DNA from: Octopus sinensis
Taxonomy: Eukaryota
Length of the DNA: 64,000 nt
Reading direction: 5' to 3'
NCBI RefSeq assembly: GCF_006345805.1
Contig: NC_042998.1
Span: forward strand, 35,154,001 to 35,218,000
Shown here: piece by piece, positions 39,399 to 52,969 of the stretch
Layout of the letters: each line of letters begins with the position of its first letter
Position numbering within the stretch: the first letter of the stretch is position 1
Position numbers and translations under genes: made by a program
The notes under the pieces: model-generated
Databases searched by the model: none
The model's input: the letters and a program-made list of their open reading frames with translations, nothing else
Told to the model about the DNA's origin: nothing

Positions 39399-40575
39399 GT
39401 ATATATATATATATATATATATGTATATACATACAGCAGCTTCATGGAAAGGAAAGTCAATTATCCCAGGGGCCCAATAATTACAGGTATAAACCTGAAC
39501 TTGGATAAAGTAGCTGTAGATTCCTCAATAGTTCAGCATAGGTATTTTCCTTTTTCACTGATCTTCAGCTTTACGTTAACATCCGCTGGGCGGCTAATTT
39601 CCACAACTGTGCACAGTTTCTCTTCTCTAAGCCAAATTATTATGTCAGGTCTGTTGTGCTTACATTTTATTGAGGTCTTCACTAGGACATTCCACTAATA
39701 TTCTTTTTTATTACGAGTGGCTATGGTTTCTATTTCTTACGTTCTTATTTCTTTGTCCTCGGAGTTATCCTTCCGTCGGATTTCATTATAGAGTGTCCTA
39801 GCTACAACATCATGTCTCATCGATAGATAATACGGTGATGATATTTTCAGACAACTGTTTATGATGTATGATTGTGCGTATGTATGTATGTATATATTTC
39901 TTGTATGTTTCTATGTATAGGCAGAATTCCACCGTTTTTTGCTCGTAGAATATCATGACTATTCTGTTAGGCTGTTACACATGATAGGTCAAAATGTTAT
40001 TATTTGTGTAGTTGAACACGTATACACTAATATTGAGAATCCAACTTTGTGGGAAAATCTTTGAATATAGAAATGCGTGTGCGTGGGAGAGAGGAGGAGA
40101 GAGGAGGAGGAGGAAGGTGGAAGAGAGAGAGAGAGAGAGAAGAGAAGTCCGATGGAATTATTTCCAATTTATAAATCTATTCACGTATATCTAATTATCC
40201 AAGTAAATGTTGCCAGTCTCGTAATAAAATCCGATTCGAATTAGAATGACGCACACAAACACGAATTTTCAGTCATTCATTAAGTTATTTATGCGCATGT
40301 GTGTGTGTGTATACATATATGTGTATATATACATATATGTGTGTATATATATATATATGCATATGTATGTGTGTGAGTAAATACAATACATATAGATATA
40401 CATATTTATTATTGTATTTGGACCTAGTAGCCAATACAAGATATCATCATCATCATCATGATCATCATCATCATCAGTAGTAGTAGTAGTAGTAGTAGTA
40501 GTGAGTGTTCTTGAATTTAAATCATAGAGACAGCAACTGAAAAAGTGTCAGTACTTATACACACTCACGTATATA

Positions 40576-40638
<63 letters not shown>

Positions 40639-41489
40639 ATATATTATTAGTCTGTATATATATATATATGTATATTAACATTCTTAAGGTCGCTTTCTTA
40701 GGATCTGTCTCTTTGCTGAAGAATATCTTTGTTGCTGAATGTTTTCCATCATTTGTTGTAGTCGATCAAATACATAAGATCGTTGCTTGTAGTTCTTTAT
40801 CTAATTGTCCATGAAGAAAGCGATAGCAATAGAAATCTCTTAAACAGATCGAAATCATTCACTTATAACTAAACTATTTCCACGAATGCATTAAACACGG
40901 AAATTGTTTCCGCAACTTATTTATTATTTTCTTTGTAAATGGATAAATAAGGCTTTACGTATTGAGCCAAATTGATTTTCGAATGCAATAAGTTATTTTC
41001 TGATTAGCGTACGGTTATGTGCCGTAACACAATAGCGAAATCAATGAAATTTTGTGAGACAAGGACTAAACAAATCCACAGCTTATAGAGAGACACATTA
41101 ACGCTGAATTGGATTATAAAATTTACTAAGCTATATATCCTCGTGTATACATGATACAAACAACTTTCTCAATTAGGATGTTTCCTGTCACTTGCTTTTA
41201 TATTTGTTTGTATGCCTAAACAAATATCTTCTTTTAATTATTTCTTTCAACTCTCCATAAGACCAGAGAATTAAACATACACGCAGTTGTTCGGCCATTT
41301 TTGTTGAGACTGATTTTGTCATGACTGGTTCTGGTTTCTTATTGTTCGCTTCTCCCCGAATCGTCTCCGATCAAGAAGGCCAAGGATCAAAGACATTTCA
41401 ACAGTAACTGTTCCGTTTATTTTCGAGAAATAGTCTGTCTAAAACGACATTTCTAATATTGCCTTTTTCAAGTTTGTAATTTTAAAGGA

Positions 41490-41945
41490 TAGGCGCAGGC
41501 GGAGCTGTCTGGTAAGGAGCATGGTTTTAGATTCACTCCTACTACATAGACGCTTTGTGGCAAGTGCTTTCTATTATAGCCTCGGGCTGAACAAAGCGTT
41601 TTCATTGAATTTGGTGGACGGAATCTGAAAGAAGCCTGTTGTATATGGGTGTGCGTGTGTGTGCGCGCGCGTGTATGTGTATGTGCGTGTGGCGTGTATG
41701 TGTATGTGCGTGTGGCGTGTATGTGTGTGTGCGTGTGTGTGTATGTGTGTGTGCGTGTGACTGTGTGTTTTCTCCACCACCGCTTGACAACCGGTGTTGA
41801 TGTGTCAATGTCCCCGTAACTTACCGGTCGGTTGGGCAACAGAGCGCGATAGAATAAGCACCAAGGCTTTAAAAAAAATAAGCGCAGGGCTCAATTCCTA
41901 CGAGTGAAAATTGTTCAAGGTGGTGCCCCAGCATGGTCGCTGCCT
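41490..41945 (+). mobile_element. SINE family A full-length, diverged
   Basis: Head AGGCGCAGGCGGAGCTGTCTGGTAAG, (GT)n middle, tail GGTGGTGCCCCAGCATGGTCGC. Confidence 0.8.
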
Positions 41946-42244
41946 AATTATCAAAATAAATTAAAGATAAAAGGTAATAAATGTTTGGCTTCTGTTTCTG
42001 TGACCATGTAGAAGCTCCTTCATTGGCTTCTCACGGATTCGAAACTACTTTTCTCCTTCACACAAACACACACACAAGAAACTGCACCGGTATTATAGGA
42101 GGGTTGCAATTGCAACGGTTACTAATTGGCGCAGTTGAAACAGGTGTAAGTCTATGCAAAGCAGTAGATATATAGAAAGAGGATTAAAGTTAATGCTATG
42201 CAACTTCGTGATGATCCTTATTAATATTCTTCTTTATATATATA

Positions 42245-42445
42245 TATATATATATTATATAAAATCTGTTCCGTCTGTCTGTCTGTGTGTCTTCTAGGAT
42301 CTCGAGCATCCTCCATCCGATTGCGCTCAAATTTCATATGTAGATACCGACAGTATCAGGGCGTGTATAAGTCTTGAAAAAATTACAAAAATCAATTCCA
42401 GGTGAGAATGCGATCGATAAAGCCGTGGGAACGTGCATTTGTACG
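42245..42445 (+). mobile_element. Helentron/DINE-1-like non-autonomous element
   Basis: Starts ATATAAAATCTG.TCCGTCTGTCTGTC (GTCT microsatellite), then CCGATTGCGCTCAAATT, with a GC-rich segment near the 3' end. Confidence 0.5.
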
Positions 42446-42642
42446 CGCAAGTACATCAGCTGTTGCGATCGATACTACGCGTACGCGAGAAGAATGCACG
42501 TGCAGTTTGCGCAAAAAAAGCCGGTTGGCTTGAAATAATGCCACAAAATGGGACGGTCGGACAAGTTGTTTTGAGAAAATTTGGTTTAAATGTTTGGCAA
42601 CTCAGCACCGTCCATTGGACGGGGGGAGCGTTTTGCTCGTAT

Positions 42643-42695
<53 letters not shown>

Positions 42696-44134
42696 CAAAT
42701 GTGTGTGTATGTGTGTGTATTTATATATATGTATACATATACACGACAGGTTTTTTTTTTCAGTTCCCATCTATCCCAACAACCACTGACAAGAGTTCGC
42801 TCGGCCTGAGGTTACACAGTGGAAGACATTTGCGAAAGACGCCACGAAGTTAAAATATTTGATATATTTCCTCTGTTTATTTACTTCATGACTGATGGAT
42901 TCAATTTTGAAAGTTTTGATAAACCGTTAAAACGCATTTCCTTTTATGCTCAAGGGTCTGTGATCGATATTTGATCGAGTAACAACAATTTGTGTTAGGA
43001 TTATTTATAAACGTGGAAATAAAGGTAACCAAAAATAGGAAAGTAGAAACACATTAAGATAGTAATCTGCATATCTGTAATTTGTAGACTTTCTTTTTAC
43101 CTGATCTTTATAAGCTTTTATATGGAATATTAGTTTTAGCAAGCATTTGTATGTCGGAATGAAAACGTAGTCTTTTAAATTCGTTATGTATAATTTACTC
43201 CGTTTCGTGTGAGATTATCACTGGTTTACGTCTCAAAATACTAAGAACATCGTGATTTGGACTTTCGCTGTTGTCTTAAAACTTGTTAGCTGCAAGATGG
43301 CTTTGTAGTTCGTGTAGTAGACTTGTTCCTAAGCCTGTAACATCTGATACTACAGAACCTTCTGTAAGTGTTTTATGCTTACTTCTAAATCTAGGAGACT
43401 GCTGCCAAATCCTAGATTATAAGAGATTCTAATAAACGTTGAAAGAACATCTCTGCAATTGCTGATTTCATACTTTCCATTTTTGATCTTTTTTGCGTAG
43501 GAATTTAATGTCAGGAAGAATTTATATATAACCTAATAGTTCTTATTCCGTATGATGCTTTATGAGATTTTTCCCTAATAACTAGATTGCTTTACTTAAT
43601 TCTATTTCAGGACTGAAATGGTACCACCGAAATTCATATTATCAAAGATTTTAATTCATTTTGAATTCCATTGCAGTTTATATTCTACCATTTCGATTAA
43701 ACTTTTCTTTAGATCCTGTTATTTATGATACCTGCAATGTTATATTTCGAAATAAAATAGTCTCTTAATGTAAATGATGTGCGTTGTATGTTCTACTCTA
43801 CTTTTAGAAATCCCATATCACAGAGATATCACGATAATTCTGCCTCTTTAAGAGGTATTTAATATAATTTTTGGCAAATGAAGGAATAAGTCTTACTATT
43901 TTTCTGTTGAAGCATAACCTATGCCAAATCAGAAGCACGATATCATATACGTCATCCAGTATGTTTGTTTCGTCGGCGAGTCTGTTTCAGTTTTCCGTGG
44001 ACTCAATAACGGGTAAAAAGAATTACGTCTACGCTAAATACAAAAGATATTCCTGGGCGGATGAGCTGGATGGGGTGGATGGGGTGGGTGTGGTGGATGT
44101 TCAGTTTGAAACTGCAGACAGTCGACATGTTATG

Positions 44135-44262
44135 TTATTCTTTTACTTGTTTCAGTTATTTGACTGCGGCCATGCTGGAACACCGCCTTTAATCGAACAA
44201 ATCGACCCCAGGACTTATTCTTTGTAAGCCTAGTACTTATTCATTGGTCCTTTTTGCCGATG
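44135..44262 (-). mobile_element. SINE family A 3' half
   Basis: TTGTTTCAGTTATTTGACTGCGGCCATGCTGGAACACCGCC. Confidence 0.8.
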
Positions 44263-44289
44263 TATATATATATTATATATATATATATA

Positions 44290-44605
44290 TATATATCACG
44301 TGACCACCAGATGTATATATCTATATATATATCAGTCCACCAGATGTAGTTACACATCGCTGGTCACAATGCGTTCGCATTGTTTTAGCCTTCGAATGAC
44401 GCCACCCCGCTGGCTAAGCGAGCAGGCCAACAGAAGAAAGAGTGGGAGAAAGAGTGGTGAAAGAGTACGGCAGGGATCAGCACCCCCTGCCGGAGCCTCG
44501 TGGAGCTTTTAGGTGTTTTCGCTCAATAAACACTCACAACGCCCGCTCTGGAAATCGAAACCGCGATCCTGCGACCGCGAGTCCGCTGCCTTAACCATTG
44601 GGCCT
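44290..44605 (-). mobile_element. tRNA-derived SINE family D
   Basis: Reverse complement gives an A-box-like AGGCCCAATGGTTAAGG and B-box-like GGTTTCGATTTCC head followed by a GC-rich body. Confidence 0.75.
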
Positions 44606-44612
44606 TGCGCCT

Positions 44613-44667
<55 letters not shown>

Positions 44668-45004
44668 TTATATATATATGTGTGTGTGTATGTGTATGTA
44701 TGTATGTATGTATGTATGTATGTATTCCAGGTGAAGGCTGGTTTATGGTGTTATCCTGAGTTTCCCGTCCATAAAGGATTTAACTTTATGGCCTATCGTC
44801 AAACCCCAAGACCTGGATCCAGGTTAGAAATCGGTTCTTTCTCTATTGGCAAAAAACCTTGAAATAAACTGAATACTCACACACACACACACACACACAT
44901 GCACACTCACATACATACATACATACACATACATACATACATACATACATACATACATACATACATACACACATACATACATTCATACACACACACATAC
45001 ATAA

Positions 45005-45153
45005 GCGTAGGCGTGGCTGTATGGGAGGAAGATTGCTTCTCAACCACATGGTTCCCGGTTCAGTCCCACTGCATGACACCTGTCTTCTACTATAGCATCT
45101 GGCCGACCAAAACCTTGTGAGTGGATTTGGTCGACGGAACCTGAAAGCCCGTC

Positions 45154-45184
<31 letters not shown>

Positions 45185-45570
45185 TTGTATGTATGTATGT
45201 ATGTATGTATGTATGTGTGTGTATGTATGTATGTGTGTATGCATGCATGAATGTATGTATGTATGCATGTATGTGTGTATGTATGTATGTATGTATGTAT
45301 GTGTGTATGTATGTGTGTATGTATGTGTGTATGTATGTGTGTATGTATGTGTGTATCTATGTATGTGTGTGTGTATGCGTGACCTTCTGTTTGTGTTTGT
45401 CCCTTATTACCGCTTGACAACTGCTATTGCTGTGCTTACGCCCCCGTAACGTAGTAGTTCGGCAAAAGATATCAATAGAATAAATAACAAGGCTTAGGAA
45501 AACACGTCTGGGAGGGTCAATTCATTCAGCTATAAATTCATCAAGAAAGTGTTGCAGCATGGCCACATGC
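45005..45570 (+). mobile_element. SINE family A with expanded (ATGT)n middle
   Basis: Head GCGTAGGCGTGGCTGTATGG...GGTTCAGTCCC; tail GCAGCATGGCC. Confidence 0.8.
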
Positions 45571-45710
45571 ACACAAGCCAAAAACAAATATTAAGATATA
45601 AAGTTGAAAGATACAAGCATCCATACATCTTTTTGACATCCGGAAGAGGAGGAGGGTGAGGAGGCATAAATAAAGCAACTGCCTTTATCTGATGCAGTTT
45701 CATCCATTCG

Positions 45711-45769
<59 letters not shown>

Positions 45770-46377
45770 AAATTCATTTTTTATTAATTTTCCAATAAAC
45801 TTACGTATAAAAAATGTTTTTTCGTGCATTAATAACTTATTGATGCAGAAATCCCTTCCTGTAGTGTCTTTCCACTGTATTTACTTGCAAAGTAAGGCTA
45901 ATATATTTACCGTTCATTGTTTTAAATAAGGTCGCTGATATTAAATAACACACTGCTTGCTTGAATGTCTCTGTGTTCATAAAGCTTACATTTGGCAATA
46001 CAACCCAAAAAAAGGAAAATCTTCTTTACTTGCATAACATCTCAATACAACGCTGGAATATTCACCGCGAACAATATATCATTTTTTAAATTCGACGAAA
46101 CGTCTAACGATATAAAGTCTTAGGATAAAATAAACTCAAGTGATGAAATAAAAAAAAAGAAATCTATATATTCCTTCGATACATATCAGCTACTTCTGTA
46201 CAACAGCTTTGCCGAAGCAAAGCTAATAGGAAACATGTCTGTAAATATGCAGCTTCATATATCATGTTAGTCATTCGAACAACGTACATATTCACTGCGT
46301 GATACATATGTATATATATATATTATATATAATATATATATATATATATAATATATTATATATATTATGTATTATAT

Positions 46378-46438
<61 letters not shown>

Positions 46439-47169
46439 AGTGTGGTGTGTGTGTGTGCATTATATGTACCAATATGTGTGCGTGTGTGTACTCTTCAGAA
46501 TATTCATATGGTAAACATGAAAGGCTTCAGAAAAACGGAAGGTTCCAGTTAGAAATGCAGCGCAGGCATCTGTAGGATAAAATAAACACAGGCATTATTG
46601 AGATAGTATTTACGATCATGAATTTCTCTTACCTACTGCGGTACTATTTTTTCGAGGAAATTGATTGAATATATTTGAACGCATACAGAAATGCATACAT
46701 AAATAAATACACACACACAAACACACACACACACACGCACACACACACACACACACGCACACACACATAATCATTCACTTATAATATAATTCTACTGGTT
46801 TCTTTATTCACACGTTAGAGAGGAGGTAAAGTGACTAAGAGATGGCGTGAGTGAGAGGGAGAGGGAGGGAGAGTTAGAGAGAGAGGAAGTGTGAGAGAGA
46901 GAGAAGGAGGGAAGGAGATTGAATCAGATAGCAGATAGACGATTCCAATCACCACGCTGTCACGTTGTTAGCGGAACTGAGAGGCGAAAAGAAAAAGAAC
47001 GAAACGTGAAGAGGAGAATTACATGGTTAAGGAGTTTGTTGAAGTAAGAGGTTAAGATAAGAGAAAGGAAGAGAAATATAATGCAGAGGGAAATTTTAAA
47101 TTAGAAAATTACTATTTGTAAATCTCACAACGAGAAATATTCAGCAACAGTACTTTGGAGTAAAGATTG

Positions 47170-47435
47170 TTTGCCAACATAACATGGCAGTCCTGGTTTA
47201 GGACGAAAGTTACTGTAATTTAGCCCCAGGAGACATCGTCTACAGCTGGTTATATGACACAATCTGTGTCCTTATATTTTCGAACAAGGGAATCTAGCAC
47301 CCCCACTCAGCTCGATTCCATTCGAAAACATAAGGACACAGATCGTGCCGTATAGCCAGCTGGAGACGATGTCTCCTAGGGCTAAATTACAGCAACATTC
47401 GTCCTAAACCAGGACTGCCATGTTATGTTGGCAAA
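47170..47435. mobile_element. Foldback/MITE-like element with arms of about 110 bp
   Basis: TTTGCCAACATAACATGGCAGTCCTGGTTTAGGACG... and its reverse complement at 47325-47435, with a spacer of about 40 bp. No clear TSD. Confidence 0.85.
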
Positions 47436-47999
47436 TTTTAAGATCATATAATGCATTATTGTGACTGGAAATTCACTTTTTATTAATTTTCGACAAAGTA
47501 GCTGTAGATGTTATTCTTTAAAATTTGCAATGGAATTAATACTAATCATTCAAATTAAAACATTGTGTATATTTTCTATATTGTTTAGTGTACATTAATT
47601 GTACATAATGTAAAGTAATTATGGCAAAATATTGCGTAATAAGGAATATGCAATTAATTATTGATCTTACAGTTTCAATAGAATTAAATACTAACGAATG
47701 ATATGTGTATCAAGTATTGTATAGATTGCTATTGCATATTCCTCTATCGTTTATTGCAAAGGCAACTGTGAGATTTATGAGCAGTAAAGATGCAAATCAG
47801 CCTTTCTTTCTTAAATAGATCTTTCTAGTCATTTCGTTCTGTAGAATTTCCACGGGTCCCGCGACTATAGTTGATTGTGAATAAATGAAATCGTGTTAAT
47901 CAAGATATTTTGTCGTCATCTCGTCTATATATGGAGACACATATATATTTTTTTCGTATAAATTTAAGATAATTCTTTTTAATTATTATTTTAAGGGTT

Positions 48000-48149
48000 T
48001 CGGTCAAACAAATTGACTCCACAACTTAGGTTGTAAACCTGGTGCTTATTCTATTGGACTCTTTTGCCGAATCGCTATGTTACGGGGATGTAAATACACC
48101 GACACCAGTTTTCAAGCGGCGGTGGGGGACAAGCACATACACACGCATT

Positions 48150-48200
<51 letters not shown>

Positions 48201-48385
48201 CGAGAGAGAGATAGACAGACAGACAGAGATGGGCTTCTTTCAGTTTCCGTCTACCAAATCCACTCACAAGTCTTTGGTGAGATCGAGGCTATAATAGACA
48301 CTTGCCGAAGGTGCCACGCAGTGGGACTGAACCCGGGAGCCATGTAGTTGGGAAGCAAGCTTCTTACCACACATCCACGCTTGGC
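48000..48385 (-). mobile_element. SINE family A
   Basis: Same layout as 29873-30292. Confidence 0.85.
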
Positions 48386-48515
48386 CTATATATTAATATA
48401 TTAAAAATGTTCTAATGTAACCGATTAGCTCAGAGCATTTACTACCGAAATAATTCTTTTAACATCTATACAATGTAGTCAGACTGTTTGCTCCTTACTT
48501 CCACTCCCTCCCCCC

Positions 48516-48549
<34 letters not shown>

Positions 48550-49914
48550 TCTCTTTCTCCATGTCATTGTACTTTTACAGAACGCGCTGATAATGGGTTC
48601 GAGGTCGTGAACCTCAGTTCCTCGAAACTCGCCATCACTTTAAATGTTAACACCCGTATACACAAAATGTCAGAGGGAGAGAGAGATTTATACCAAACCT
48701 TGCCATGGACAGTATTTTGTAGTCCACCGAGTCGTGTCTCTGTACACACAAATTGCAATTTTTATGTCGTTTATAATGCATTCTATTGATCAACACTACT
48801 TATCTTTTCACTATTTCTCCTGTTTATATTGAATTCTATTCTTTGATAATCGAATTGTATAGCATGACAGTCAGAGGATCAATACTCATTTCCCACGTTT
48901 GACCCTCTATTCCCTGCGCAATCTATCGCAAACATTAATATTTGACAGATGTGTTTGATTTCGAACTGTCTATTATATTGTATTTGCTAACGAAGCTTGC
49001 GCTATTGTAAGAAAGTTTTATCATGGCAAAGAAATTGAAATAAGTTTCATTTCAAGAGTTTGTGAACCTATATGCACAAATGGAATTATTTACCACACGT
49101 ACGCACACTTACCATACATATATATACATATCATACACACACACACACATATACATGTACATATATTTATATGTATAAATGTATGTATGTATGTATATAT
49201 TCTCTCTCTCTCCCCTTATTCCCCTTCCTTTCTTTCCCTCTCCATCCGTCTCCCCCCTTCTACGTTTCTCTATCTCTCTCACCTCAAAGCCCCCTCGATC
49301 TGTCTCTTTTTCTCCTCCCTCGTCCACCTTCTCTCTCTTTTCATCTGTCCCTTTCTCCTGTCTTTTGTTCTCACGTGACCGCTAGCCGCTGTTGAGCGCT
49401 CTTTGCGTTTCAGCAGTCGCAGAAGCAACACGTATTTGTTCGTCTCCCTGCGGCCATTAGGCACAAACTTCCCACAAGCCAGCCCCATACTCAACTCGTC
49501 CTGTCGAAAGACCCTTGTCCTACGTCCTGGTTTTGTTTTTGTTGTTTATTTTTTATTTTTACCGTTATTGTTTTTACGTTTTGTATTCTTATTGGTGTCA
49601 CGTATTCTGTATTTTTGTTCGTGTACTTCGTTCGTTTTCCGTCCTCGTGTTGTATACATTCGAAGCTTTCTTCCAGGGGATCTAATGCGCTTGGCTTAGA
49701 TTTCCTTGGCGGGCTGGCATATCGGAGCAATCTCAAGATTAATCAAGCCGAAATTGCTAGATGATCGGGTTCTTGACTGATGACTGAGGGCTTCGAATGT
49801 CCCGTCCTGTGGTTCTTGTGTCGTCTCTGTGGTGTTTCATGTTCTTGTCCATGTCTGTAATTATTTTTAATGTTTACCTATATATATATATATATATTAT
49901 ATATATATATTAGA

Positions 49915-49968
<54 letters not shown>

Positions 49969-50007
49969 AGTGTGTAGTGGGTAGTGCTTTCTTCACTACT
50001 TTAAGGA

Positions 50008-50335
50008 GTGACGACCCTGCCTGACACGAATCCCGGGTTCAACTGGCTCCGGCTGATAGTACCCGGTATGGGCCCCTATCCAGGGTTACGAAAAGGAGAC
50101 AACCTTCAAAGAAATCCGGAATGGAGCCCCGTAGGTTGTTTAGTGTTCAACTCGACACTCATCCAGCAGCTCCTGCAACCAAGCCGGTGCCAAACGTAAT
50201 GCTCTGCACTCCTTGGGACTACGTCAGCAAGGACTATTGGGCTACCCAGGATTAACTTACATCTAGCCCAGGCTTGCACAAAACTGACTTTATGCGCAAT
50301 GCCATTGTCTCCCGAGACGAAAGGATGCCAACAAC
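50008..50335 (+). mobile_element. Short GC-rich repeat, possibly RTE-derived non-autonomous element
   Basis: GC-rich island in AT-rich DNA, with GGAGAC-AACCTTC..AAATCC and GCCGGT.CCAA motifs reminiscent of RTE 5' regions. Ends GAAAGGATGCC-AACAAC. Confidence 0.4.
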
Positions 50336-50488
50336 ATAGGTGTATATATGTATCTACGAATAGTAGTACCCTCAATATAATATAAATGAATATTTTCAAA
50401 GAGGAAGAATTTACGGATTTTTTCTCTTACGAGGTTTTTCACGCTGACTACTGATAATTTCTTTTAAAGATTTTATCCTCATTGTTAA

Positions 50489-50542
<54 letters not shown>

Positions 50543-50543
<1 letters not shown>

Positions 50544-50850
50544 AGCCCTCCGTCGGTACGACGACGGGCCCAGCTGATACGATCAACGGAACAGCCTGCT
50601 CGTGAAATTAACGTGCAATTGACTGAGCACCCTACAGACACGTGTACCCTTAATGTAGTTCTCAGGGAGATTCAGCGTGACACTGTGTGACAAGGCTGGC
50701 CCCTTTGAAATAGAGGTACAACTCATTGTTACTGGCTGAGTGGACTGGTGCAACGTGAAACGAATTGTCTTGCTCAAGGACAAAACGCGTCGACGGGAAT
50801 TGAACTCACGACCTTACGATTGTGAGCCGAATATCCTAACCACTAAGCCA
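50543..50850 (-). mobile_element. tRNA-derived SINE family C
   Basis: Reverse head TGGCTTAGTGGTTAGG...GTGAGTTCAATTCCC followed by GTCCTTGAGCAAGAC. Confidence 0.85.
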
Positions 50851-50852
50851 TG

Positions 50853-50884
<32 letters not shown>

Positions 50885-50914
50885 CATGCATACATGAATA
50901 TATATATACATGCA

Positions 50915-51295
50915 TGGTCTCGAGTTCAGTCCCACTGCATGGCACCTTGGGCAAGTGTCTCTACTATAGACTCGGGCCGACCAAAGATCTGGATGGATTT
51001 GGTAGATGGAAACTGAAAGACCGTCGTGTATATGTTGTGTGTGTGTGTGCGTGTGTATGTGTGTGTGTGTGTTCGTGGGTGTGTGTTTGTTCATCCCACC
51101 ATCGCTTGACAACCGATGATGTTGGCGTGTTTGCGTCCCCGTAACTTAGCGGTTCAGCAGAGGACACCGATATAATAAGTACTAGGCTTCCAAAGAATAA
51201 GTCCTGGGGTCGATTTGTTCGCCTAAAGGCGGTGTTCCAGTATGGCCGCAATCGAATGATTGAAACAAGTTAAAGAATAAAAGAATAAAAGAATA
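50915..51295 (+). mobile_element. SINE family A, head-truncated, with (AAAGAATA)n tail
   Basis: GTTCAGTCCCACTGC...GGCCGCAATCGAATGATTGAAAC. Confidence 0.85.
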
Positions 51296-51460
51296 TACAT
51301 ATATATATATATAAAAGAGCAATAAAGATTCAAGTTAATTTAAAAAATTTACTTGAATATGGTACCTAACTTAGATGCACCAAAAAAAACTATACTGATT
51401 TAACAATACAGTAATGTGGGGTGATTATAAGCGAGAAAGAAGCAACAAGAATGGATAGGT

Positions 51461-51551
51461 TTTTAGTACGATCGTTTCATACAAGGACAGGTTTTATTAA
51501 AAGTTGCAAAGATTACAGCATATAAACGAGTCCCGTACTCATCAGCTAAAA
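51461..51551 (-). ncRNA. Type I hammerhead ribozyme in 3' pseudo-LTR
   Basis: TTTTAG-CTGATGA-stem II-GAAACGATCGTA-CTAAAA on the minus strand. Confidence 0.85.
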
Positions 51552-52969
51552 TACATGTAAGTTCTCTAGACATCCTAGTGTTTGAGGCTATACTCATGAA
51601 GTAATGTAGATAATTAAACAGATTTCTAAAGTTCATTAAAGTTCTTTAAAGATGATGTATAGTCTTATCACAGAATTTTAAAAAGTTTTGATAGCATCAC
51701 AGAGAAGGTGACCTAATCCATATGAATTTCCATAGATATGATGAGGGATTATATACTCACAGAAGACAAATTTATCCATTGTTATTAGCATTACAGAGAG
51801 GGTGAATTAATCCTTTGTATAAATGCACAGATTCCAATGGTGTAGATGTAAATTTCCAGAGAAATGGAGATGAATTTCATATTCACAGGCGATAAATTTT
51901 ACAATGGTTGAACACAATGAGGTAGGTACCAATCCTTGTTATATGATTAGGTGTTTGCCATATTAATCACATTACTGCTATTCACAAGAGGCTGTAGCTA
52001 TTTAACTCTTAAAGGTTGAAGGGCTTACTAGATCGGCCAAGAATAGAGAAGGGAATAGAAGAAAAGAGAGAAAATAATGGAGGAGGGAGAAAAAAAAGGG
52101 GGGGGAAAGGGGGACTAAAAGAGAAGAGAAAAGGAAACAGAGAATAAGAAGAAGAAAAAGAAGAAAGAGAAAGAGAAAGAAATAGGGAAAGAAGGGAAAA
52201 AAAGAAAAAGAAAAAAGAGGGTTCTAGTTATACAGAAGAGCTAGTAGACTGTAGTCTGGTTTTAATCAACAGGCATCTAGGAACTGGAGGGGAATATTAT
52301 TCTTTGACCAGTAAACCGTTAATTTATTGCTGTTGAAATCAGCTATGAGTTTAAAGAGAATCTAAAGAGATAACACAGTCAGGGGTTAAGGGGTCAGATG
52401 CTAAAATCACCAGAAAATACATTAGGAAAATCTAAGTATATCTTATCAAAAAGTCATTAAAATTTACTTATTTAATTTATTCATTTTATTGTCTTAAGGA
52501 GTTGTCGTTATTATTCATACACTGACCGACTACAGGTCAAATCTTATAAGATCATTTACAAGGTGTTAGGGGATTGTCTATCCTAATGAAGATAATCATA
52601 TTATCACCGAGGGAATAGCCTTATTTATTTAATTATGAAATAGAATTATGGGGCTACAGTAACTAATTATAATTTATTAGAGTTATGCTATTTAAATTAG
52701 ATTAAGTTAGGAATTAAAATTAAATATTACAATTAAGATTTAAAATTAAGAATTTAAAAATTTAAAAATTGTGAGTTTGAAATTAAATAAAGCCTCAATT
52801 AAGTAGCGAATAAGTACTATTCATTTCCCTGTTCTCAAAAAACTGATGTAGATATAAGGAAAAAGATAAAGATAACTGTAATGTGAGAACTCTTAGTTAT
52901 CTACTTAAAGCAGTGCTATACTAGTAGAAATCAAGTTATATCTATCTATCTAGTTATGAATATTCCAAT

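Noticed and set aside
48578-48830. Possible exon after TTTTACAG
   Set aside because: No recognisable protein, and the phase is incompatible with the candidate upstream donor.
49770-49810. CTGATGA...CGAATGTC hammerhead-like string
   Set aside because: No credible stem I or II, and GAAA is incomplete.
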